This document shows positions 26,001 through 32,000 of a stretch of DNA of 32,000 nucleotides, piece by piece; positions within the stretch are counted from its first letter, which is position 1; each line of letters opens with the position of its first letter. The position numbers were made by a program, and so were the translations under genes. This stretch comes from Candidatus Thorarchaeota archaeon (GTDB taxonomy: Archaea; Asgardarchaeota; Heimdallarchaeia; Hodarchaeales; Hodarchaeaceae), in assembly GCA_048882505.1 (NCBI GenBank), contig JBHLRO010000001.1, positions 180,001 to 212,000 of the forward strand, read 5' to 3'. The notes under the pieces were generated by a model that did no database searches, was not told the origin of the DNA, and was given only the letters and a program-made list of their open reading frames with translations.

Positions 26001-26023
26001 ATTCTAATAGAGTTCAAATTTAA
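23018..26023 (+). CDS. Large surface/secreted protein: signal anchor - acidic linker - unknown beta domain - PKD - 25 TSP3-like Ca-binding repeats - FN3
   Basis: N-terminal hydrophobic helix; E/P/Q-rich linker; PKD-type WYWDLNNDG...PGTYTVGLRA; DTDGDGLSDGDE repeats; FN3-type PSAPLNL...LTWATP...YRVYR...YYYVVTAVN..GES. Confidence 0.9.
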   Translation: MKNIKILCATGVVALVFVMSLVGGMIPQLKNQNPATNQVNGTPENVPVEPLGVTEQPELEQPTDFSEKPESDQDTNLTEELEEPPYVETIPEQPTGDNIADEVNPEFASSTSELQSSVGTHRFSISYYRANIHNTHDLWPFSGNWRFWATGSTWTGTYDNIGTGIIDFSDRKGSWDVTGSTSQTVFVVEAQEIDLGLVDYWSRVTITIPSPAYITPNNWQQDNSRAGDVTHYWQYNLRNLAPIAQAIGGAGLHLQWQPIVLSGIGSEPEGDSFSWYWDLNNDGSFETKVSNPTFPSDVPGTYTVGLRARDDQYGAWSNVVTATVTIVPDSDMDGISDGDEISIYGTDPSNPDTDGDGLSDGDEVLVYGTDPLNPDTDGDGLSDGKEIMYGTNPFVSDTDGDGLSDSEEVFQYFTRPLSVDTDTDGLTDGEEVLIYNTDPLNLDTDGDGTYDGDEVLVIGTDPLNSDSDGDGLLDGHETVIYGTDPLNPDTDGDGLSDGDEVLIYGTDPLNPDTDGDSLSDGQEILTYGTDPLNPDTDGDGLSDGDEVLIYRSNPLNIHSDFDGIPDGDEVLLYGTNPINPDTDADGLVDFDEIFVYGTDPINPDTDGDGLSDGQEIRTYGTDPFNPDTDGDGLSDGQEIRTYGTDPLNADMDGDGLSDGEEVLIYGTDPLNPDTDGDGLSDSDEVLIYGTDPLNPDTDGDGLSDSDEVLIYGTDPLNADMDGDGLSDGDELLVYGTDPFNYDTDNDGLSDGEEVLIYVTDPLNPDTDGDGLSDGEEVHLYGTDPLTADIDGDGLSDGQEILIYGTDPYNPDTDGDDLSDGDEVLTYLTDPLNPDSDGDQATDGDEVLFYASDPLVIDTDGDGLSDGFEILVSGTDPTNPDTDGDGYTDFEEVTDPPSAPLNLAALRTSSGVDLTWATPNKIGGTPILEYRVYRAKLTLYCFTIPFPPYLICFWLPGPYSFIGSSSTLSYADSTAVLGETYYYVVTAVNSLGESVYSNRVQI
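24002..25693 (+). repeat. Intragenic tandem array of 25 units of 69 nt (23 aa), bacterial thrombospondin type 3-like repeat
   Basis: Consensus DTDGDGLSDGDEVLIYGTDPLNP; 24 full units (unit 3 is 22 aa) plus one partial unit, counted from the translation. Confidence 0.95.
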
Positions 26024-26063
26024 AACTAAACTGGAGTTCCAGTGATATTTTAAATTTAATCTC

Positions 26064-26073
26064 TTTTTTTTTT
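26064..26073 (+). terminator. Oligo-T tract (T10), archaeal-type terminator
   Basis: Ten consecutive T within a pyrimidine tract 40 nt after the 26023 stop. Confidence 0.5.
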
Positions 26074-26393
26074 CTCCTATCCTGGGTTTTGTACTCTTCC
26101 ATTTCCATTCAAAGGCAAATGGACATCGGGAGGGGCTAGAAATGTTCTTTTTTGTGTAAAGGGCTGATGGAAAAGTAAGATTTACGGCCAAAGCAAAAAT
26201 AGTACCTGAGCGCAATCGGAGACCAACTTACGTTCAGAAAAACACCAGTTAAAACCCGCTAAAAAGAGAAGGGATTTCCGAAAATGTTACCAAAACAAGC
26301 TTAAGAATCAATTTTTGAGCTGAAATACCATCAGTTAATATTATTGAGTTTTTCACTTGCATTAAAATCAAATTATTTTGGAGACGAATTGCT

Positions 26394-26834
26394 ATGGTTG
26401 GTGATCTTCACGAGTTATTACAGAATCGACTGCTGAACTCGTTAAAACTAACGTCAGACCTCTTTGAATCGATTGGAAATACTGAGCTAACACTCAAAAT
26501 CAAAGACTCGCCTTCGAATACAATAGGAGAACAGGCCTGGTGCATTATTGGAGCCAGGGAATCGTATTTGACAGCCGTTGAAAACGAAAAATGGGTAGGG
26601 TTCTCTTGTAGCCTTCGAAACACAAATGATATTAAAGAAATTAGAAACAAACTTAACAGTTCTTATGAAAATGCTAGTAGAATTATCCAAAGAAGTGTCA
26701 TATCCATTCTACGGAGTGATTTTTTGTTTCAATTGTTGGAACACGAAGTCCAGCACCATGGACAGCTCATTCGTTACTTTTATACCAATAGACTAAAATT
26801 TCCACGAAGTTGGAATGAACGCTACACCGTTTGA
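26394..26834 (+). CDS. DinB/YfiT-like four-helix bundle protein
   Basis: PSNTIGEQAWCIIGARESY and C-terminal LLEHEVQHHGQL metal-binding His motif. Confidence 0.75.
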   Translation: MVGDLHELLQNRLLNSLKLTSDLFESIGNTELTLKIKDSPSNTIGEQAWCIIGARESYLTAVENEKWVGFSCSLRNTNDIKEIRNKLNSSYENASRIIQRSVISILRSDFLFQLLEHEVQHHGQLIRYFYTNRLKFPRSWNERYTV

Positions 26835-27114
26835 AAGCGGAGTGGTAGGAAGTTGTGGCAGTTATTGTTCTTTAAGTGGTCCAGTTTGGAAAAATCCTGT
26901 CAAAAATCCGTGGTATTCACTCTCTTGCGAGAAAAGATGAACAAATAAATTCCACATTCCCTTGTATTGGATTTCCTAAATCTTCAATGGAATTTGATTA
27001 TTTTAGATCTTGGTTTTGTATGAATCGTAATCGAAATTTGATAAAGGCACCATAAGAGGCTTAACATAGTATTTTAATTAATCTTAAAGTTTGTACAATT
27101 GAGGTAGACAGGCA

Positions 27115-28566
27115 ATGACCGAGGCGAATCTAGATCCTGAAGATTGGGAATCTTTTCAAGATTTAGGAGCAAAAATGCTAGTGGAAATGATGACACATCT
27201 TAGAACAATAAGGGATAAACCCGTATGGCAGCCAATTCCCGATAATGTAAGATTAAAATACAAAGAACCGTTAAATACTGAACCTCAACCTCTAAACGAC
27301 GTATATCAAGAATTTCGTGACAACATCTTGCCCTATGCGTTGGGAAACATTCACCCGCGGTTCTGGGGATGGGTGATTGGTACCGGAACTCCAGTAGGTG
27401 TATTGGCTGAAATGCTGAAGGCCGGGATGAATCCAAATTTGGGCGGAGGAGACCATAGCGCCAATTATATTGAAATGCAAGTTGTAGAATGGATGAAAAA
27501 GATCTTTGAATTTCCGCGTGATGCCAGCGGTATTTTAACCACAGGAGGATCTATGGCAAATTTGGTGGGCCTTACGGTTGCTAGAAATAAAAAAACTGGG
27601 CATGATGTCCGAAATCAAGGGATATATACGGCAAGACCTCCCGTAGTATATGGTTCCGTTGAAACTCATAGTTCAGTCCAAAAAGCCATTGAACTACTTG
27701 GAATTGGCAAGGAGTTCTATCACACGATTCCTGTCAATGATCGATTCCAGATTGATCTGCAAGCTCTTACTGAGACAATCGAAGCGGATAAAGAATATGG
27801 TTTACGCCCGATGTGTATTGTCGGTAATGCAGGCACAGTCAATACTGGGGCATTTGATAATTTACCAGAGTTAGCTCGGATTGCCAGGAAAGAGGACGCC
27901 TGGTTTCATGTGGATGGTGCCTTTGGGGCTTTCGCGTGTTTATCATCATCGCACAAGGGTCTCACTGATGGTATCCAACAAGCTGATTCGTTGGCATTTG
28001 ATCTTCACAAATGGATGTATATGCCGTATGATATTGGATGTACTCTCGTTCGTTCCGAAGCCGATCATTACAAAACATTTACCCTTACGCCCGATTACCT
28101 AACCCATGAAACGCGAGGTATCCCATCAGGCAAAAAATGGCTATCAGATTACGATTTTTTACTCTCACGTGGATTTCGTGGACTTAAGGCCTGGATGAGC
28201 CTTAAGACACATGGCTTGAAGCAATATAAGCTGTTAATTCAGCAAAATATCGATCAGGCCCATTATTTGACAAATAAGGTCAAGAGTAACCCAAATCTGA
28301 AGCTTATTGCCCCGACATCTCTCAATACAGTGTGTTTTCAGTTTATTCCTCACGACAACGGGTTATCCACGGAAGAAATAAATCAGATGAATAGGGAGAT
28401 AGTACTTCAGCTACATGAAAAAGGAATCGCTGTACCAAGCAATGCAATTCTTAACGGTCTTTATGCCATAAGAGTATGTATTACGAACCATCGAAGTATT
28501 AAATCTGATCTTGATCTCTTTGTTCAATCTGTGATAGAGATCGGTCAAAATCTAACGTCCACTTGA
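27115..28566 (+). CDS. Group II PLP-dependent decarboxylase (aromatic-L-amino-acid decarboxylase-like)
   Basis: HPRFWGWV, GGSMANL, THSSVQKA, AGTVNTGAFD, HVDGAFG, DSLAFDLHKW (PLP lysine), LSRGFRGLK.W; GAGGTAG RBS. Confidence 0.92.
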   Translation: MTEANLDPEDWESFQDLGAKMLVEMMTHLRTIRDKPVWQPIPDNVRLKYKEPLNTEPQPLNDVYQEFRDNILPYALGNIHPRFWGWVIGTGTPVGVLAEMLKAGMNPNLGGGDHSANYIEMQVVEWMKKIFEFPRDASGILTTGGSMANLVGLTVARNKKTGHDVRNQGIYTARPPVVYGSVETHSSVQKAIELLGIGKEFYHTIPVNDRFQIDLQALTETIEADKEYGLRPMCIVGNAGTVNTGAFDNLPELARIARKEDAWFHVDGAFGAFACLSSSHKGLTDGIQQADSLAFDLHKWMYMPYDIGCTLVRSEADHYKTFTLTPDYLTHETRGIPSGKKWLSDYDFLLSRGFRGLKAWMSLKTHGLKQYKLLIQQNIDQAHYLTNKVKSNPNLKLIAPTSLNTVCFQFIPHDNGLSTEEINQMNREIVLQLHEKGIAVPSNAILNGLYAIRVCITNHRSIKSDLDLFVQSVIEIGQNLTST

Positions 28567-28597
28567 ATTTTTACGCCTAGGCCTTTCACTATATAGG

Positions 28598-29098
28598 TCA
28601 CAATTCTGAAAGTATTTCGTAAAACTTCTGGCAATTGATACGCAGTTGTTTTAATTGCTCATTTGTAAGTCTATTTGAAAAAGTTGCGTGGGACGAGGTT
28701 AGAATTTCAGAGAATTTCATACCAATTCTGGCTTCAAACTGCAATAGGAACTGAGTCAATATTTCAGCTGATTCGTGAAATATAACAAGATAAGCCAGCC
28801 CCGAAGTCTCAAAGCGAAACAGCTTGGTTATGGCGAAAATTTCCACTTCATCAAAAACAAGCGGGAGAAAAGACCAGTCCACATTCTCGAGATCTGTTTT
28901 ATCTTTCATGGAGAGGATTGAAAGTAAGAGTTGCCATGAGGAGAGCTCGGAGTGCCATGTAGAGCCCGACCAAAGGATCTGGGGTCTTTTATTTTGTTCA
29001 ATGATGCCAAAAAAAAGTCCCAAACCAGGGAGAGGATGCGAATGGATTTCATCATTAGTCATAAGGCCTTCCGAGACCCCTTTTGCTTTCAATGACAA
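28598..29098 (-). CDS. Hypothetical protein, possible longin/uDENN-like fold
   Basis: 166-aa ORF (TTG 29098 or ATG 29062); by-eye pattern beta-beta-alpha-beta-beta-beta-alpha. The fold call is inference. Confidence 0.55.
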   Translation of the reverse strand: MSLKAKGVSEGLMTNDEIHSHPLPGLGLFFGIIEQNKRPQILWSGSTWHSELSSWQLLLSILSMKDKTDLENVDWSFLPLVFDEVEIFAITKLFRFETSGLAYLVIFHESAEILTQFLLQFEARIGMKFSEILTSSHATFSNRLTNEQLKQLRINCQKFYEILSEL

Positions 29099-29305
29099 TT
29101 TTATGATATTTTGGGTCGACTAGCGATCAATTTGTTCGAGAATGTCGGGATTTAATGTCGCTTTCTCTCTAAAATGCTTCGGGTTTTTATCAAATGAAAT
29201 ATAACCAAAGGATTGAAACCATGTCCTCTTGTATTTCGGCTTCCCAAAAGGTGCAATCTTAGCTTAGAAACAGTCATCGGCTTTTCCTGGTCAGAAGTGG
29301 TTATT

Positions 29306-31885
29306 ATGAGCACAAAAAGAATATTATTTGTGAATTCAATCATTCTCTTTTTATCAGTTGTTGGAGGTATGATTTTGATTATCGTTTTATCAACTCCCAT
29401 AATGGGGATGTTTGCATTGGGACCTATTGTTTCTCCCGGAGGGATTTTTGACTCTGCATACGGATCTACGTATTCATCACAAACAATAAGTGACCCTCAT
29501 CTGGCAAATCAGGTTACGGTAATACGAGATATTTGGGGGATCCCCCATATCTACGGAGAGTCCCAAGAGGATGTGGCATTCGCTCTTGGGTACCTGCACG
29601 CTGAAGATCGGCTGTTTCAGATGGAAATTACCCTACGATTGGGATTGGGGAAAATGGCTGAAATAATGGGCAACGACTCCTTGGAGGATGATATCTGGTT
29701 TCAAACTATTGGATTGGAAAAAGCAGCGGAGGAAGCGATTGCCTCATCAAAACAAGATCCCTTGATGAAAGATTTTTTGAAAATTATGGATATATATTGT
29801 GCCGGGGTAAACGCTTCAATTGATACAAGAATTAAGACCAAAACCCTTCCGATCGAATTTCGCTTATTGAATTTTGAACCGACCCCTTGGACGCTTGAAA
29901 AAATATATGCATATAAACTCTTAATGGGGCTCCAATTGACCTATTCCACGGAAGATCTCAGCGATACAGTTCTCCTGGATGACATGTTTAATGGGAATAT
30001 CTCCCAGATGGAAGAGCTTTTCCCCGTAAATAACTCTTATTTTCAAGTTCCAGTGGTTCCTGCCTATGGTAATTACTCATCTCGAATTACCAACGGCATT
30101 GCCAATTCAAACAATGACGTTCGGCCCAATAATATCGGAAAAATGTTAAGAAAAACCCTGATCAAGAAAATAATGGATGCTACCCCTGATTTTGTACGTT
30201 TTTATCAACAATCATGGATAGGGTCTAATAACTGGGTAGCGGGAAGTGTGAAATCAGCCGGAGACAAACCGATCTTGAGTAATGATATGCATCTAGGCAT
30301 TAATCTTCCTCATATTTGGTATGAAGCCCACCTGGTCGTTTCATCTGAGAATATCAACAGTTACGGTTATACTCTCACGGGTACTCCCGTTATTGTAGTT
30401 GGTACCAACACTCATGTTGCCTGGGGATTTACGAACGTTGCCAATGATGCTGTTGACTGGTACGAATACATCTGGAACGGTGACCGTTCTATGTACTGGA
30501 GTGGAAAAGAAAACCAATGGAAGTCTCCAAGCAAAAGAAACGTCACCATCGCCGTGCGGGGCGAGCCTGATCATATAGAAACTATTCTTTACACTGAAGA
30601 TGGAGTAGTAATGGGAGAAACTGAAGGAAAAACGATGATGGCCATGCGATGGGTGGCCACCGAAGCTCCCACATACGAAATGCTCGCACTGAATGGTGCT
30701 GTTAAAGCGCAGAACTGGTCTGATTTCAATGCCTCATTTCAATATTGGTCTGATCCCAGTCAGAATGTGATCTTTGCGGATTCCAGCGGAAACATCGCTT
30801 TACGTCCAAGTGGAAGATTCATTAAACGTAAATACTTCGGAGAAGGAAGATACGTAATCAATGGAAGTGATCCAATAATAAACAAGACCTGGGAATACAT
30901 CCCTTATAATGAACTTCCTTACGCTCTCAATCCACCTCAAGGTTATCTTGCCTCTGCTAATCAAAAGAGTACGGGCCCAGATTATCCCTATTATATCTCA
31001 TCGAGGCAGAGTAACGGTTACAGAGGAAGAGCGATCAACTACCTTCTTAAAAACGCACCTTCGGGATCAGTAGACATCGAATGGATGAAGGATGCCCAGG
31101 CTGGACGTGGGGGAATCTTTGATACTCGAGCCCAAGCTTTTACTCCTTTCTTTATCTCAGCGATTGAGGTATCCGGCCAGATTCAAGCTGGTTCCACTTC
31201 GGATGATGTCTTACAAATCCTGAAACAATGGCAAACAAGTTCAGATCAATGGTTAATGAACAAAACATACGTTGCTCCGACAATTTTTTCCCAAACAATG
31301 ACCCGTTTTAAGGAATACGTGTGGAACGATGAATGGACGGCTCGTGGTGTCACCGCATCGAAGCCAGGCGATAACGTTCTGGAATTTTTGGTTAAAAATG
31401 AACCCGATTCCATCTGGTTTGATGACGTCTCAACCCCTAGTATAATAGAAAACCGAGACGAAATCATTGTTAAAGCATTCAAACAAGCAGTGATTGACTT
31501 GGTTGATGAGTTCAGTTCTGAAGTTAGCGATTGGGTTTATGGGGCATACCATAGAATGCACTTTGACCATCTGGGAGGCATACCTGCCTTCTCAAGGGGT
31601 GATTATCCACATGATGGATCAGGGGCTACTTTGCTCAACGCAGGGGGACGTGAAGTCCGTGGAGGGCCAAGCGAGAGAATGATTGTAGATTTCAACGATA
31701 TTGCAGGCAGTTTGTCTGTAATTCCCGCAGGGGTTAGCGGCAATCCCGTGAATCCTCATTATGCAGACCAAGCTCTTGAATTGTGGATAAAGGGGGAACT
31801 TCATCCAATGTGGATCCAGTATGGTTCCGTTGCTGTATTTCCGGAAGAAATTAGAGAGGTTTCGATTACGTTTAACCCATTTTGA
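29306..31885 (+). CDS. Membrane-anchored penicillin acylase family Ntn hydrolase (peptidase S45)
   Basis: RDIWGIPHIYG, GYLHAEDRLFQME, GSNNW (catalytic Ser at 30224), NDMHL, WYEAHL, QNVIFAD, SANQ, G.SGNP..PHY.DQ...W; N-terminal TM. Start placed at ATG 29306; ORF track starts at TTG 29213. Confidence 0.93.
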   Translation: MSTKRILFVNSIILFLSVVGGMILIIVLSTPIMGMFALGPIVSPGGIFDSAYGSTYSSQTISDPHLANQVTVIRDIWGIPHIYGESQEDVAFALGYLHAEDRLFQMEITLRLGLGKMAEIMGNDSLEDDIWFQTIGLEKAAEEAIASSKQDPLMKDFLKIMDIYCAGVNASIDTRIKTKTLPIEFRLLNFEPTPWTLEKIYAYKLLMGLQLTYSTEDLSDTVLLDDMFNGNISQMEELFPVNNSYFQVPVVPAYGNYSSRITNGIANSNNDVRPNNIGKMLRKTLIKKIMDATPDFVRFYQQSWIGSNNWVAGSVKSAGDKPILSNDMHLGINLPHIWYEAHLVVSSENINSYGYTLTGTPVIVVGTNTHVAWGFTNVANDAVDWYEYIWNGDRSMYWSGKENQWKSPSKRNVTIAVRGEPDHIETILYTEDGVVMGETEGKTMMAMRWVATEAPTYEMLALNGAVKAQNWSDFNASFQYWSDPSQNVIFADSSGNIALRPSGRFIKRKYFGEGRYVINGSDPIINKTWEYIPYNELPYALNPPQGYLASANQKSTGPDYPYYISSRQSNGYRGRAINYLLKNAPSGSVDIEWMKDAQAGRGGIFDTRAQAFTPFFISAIEVSGQIQAGSTSDDVLQILKQWQTSSDQWLMNKTYVAPTIFSQTMTRFKEYVWNDEWTARGVTASKPGDNVLEFLVKNEPDSIWFDDVSTPSIIENRDEIIVKAFKQAVIDLVDEFSSEVSDWVYGAYHRMHFDHLGGIPAFSRGDYPHDGSGATLLNAGGREVRGGPSERMIVDFNDIAGSLSVIPAGVSGNPVNPHYADQALELWIKGELHPMWIQYGSVAVFPEEIREVSITFNPF

Positions 31886-31895
31886 GGAATTAAAT

Positions 31896-32000
31896 GTGAC
31901 AAATAACGAAATTCAAACGTATTCATTTCCGCAGTTTTTAAAAAATCGCAAGATCATGGGTTTTGCATTTTCAATCTTCGGAATACTTCTCATTGATCTT
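31896..32000 (+). CDS. 5' fragment of a membrane/secreted protein, truncated by the window end
   Basis: GAGGA RBS then GTG; open to the end as MTNNEIQTYSFPQFLKNRKIMGFAFSIFGILLIDL (basic residues then a hydrophobic segment). Confidence 0.55.
   Translation, partial: MTNNEIQTYSFPQFLKNRKIMGFAFSIFGILLIDL

Noticed and set aside
29152-29400. 82-aa minus-strand ORF, and the 31-aa N-terminal extension (29213-29305) of the acylase
   Set aside because: The minus ORF is antisense to the acylase TM helix. The extension lacks signal-like character, and ATG 29306 gives a normal basic-then-hydrophobic N-terminus.
475-31804. Numerous short ORFs in the track that overlap longer genes (e.g. 475-732, 7579-7953, 9267-9518, 11570-11854, 16183-16458, 18771-19124, 23102-23425, 28824-29123, 31246-31482)
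   Set aside because: Antisense or alternate-frame shadows of well-supported CDSs, with no motifs or RBS.

Overview
Gene-dense archaeal chromosomal window, most likely from an Asgard archaeon. This rests on a Rab-like small GTPase, a Roadblock/LC7 protein, a possible longin-like protein, archaeal GGTGA-type ribosome-binding sites and frequent TTG/GTG starts; the finer taxon is inference. About 27 CDSs are present: M24 peptidase, bacterial-type (class II) CCA-adding enzyme, SplB/Rv2578c-like radical SAM protein, Asp-box beta-propeller surface protein, two MFS transporters, DUF116, two tandem zinc-ribbon membrane proteins, a type IIG/Eco57I-like N6-adenine methyltransferase, a PhnN-like kinase/thiolase-like/DUF35 operon, DUF3179 plus a Cys-Cys membrane protein, a 1001-aa surface protein with 25 TSP3-like repeats, DinB, a PLP decarboxylase and a penicillin-acylase-family Ntn hydrolase. 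I recognised no rRNA, tRNA, CRISPR array or transposase. Best candidates for new biology: (1) a translationally coupled kinase + thiolase-fold + DUF35 operon whose thiolase lacks both catalytic cysteines; (2) a surface filament ending in an FN3 domain with an inserted Cys-clamped, very hydrophobic hairpin; (3) a radical SAM protein fused to a PolX-like 8-kDa DNA-binding domain; (4) paired zinc-ribbon membrane proteins sharing a DFLCFGE motif, one with 11-mer amphipathic repeats, directly upstream of a methyltransferase with no recognisable nuclease; (5) two genes that appear to start at near-cognate codons (ATC, CTG). All family calls come from motif reading by eye, not from database searches.
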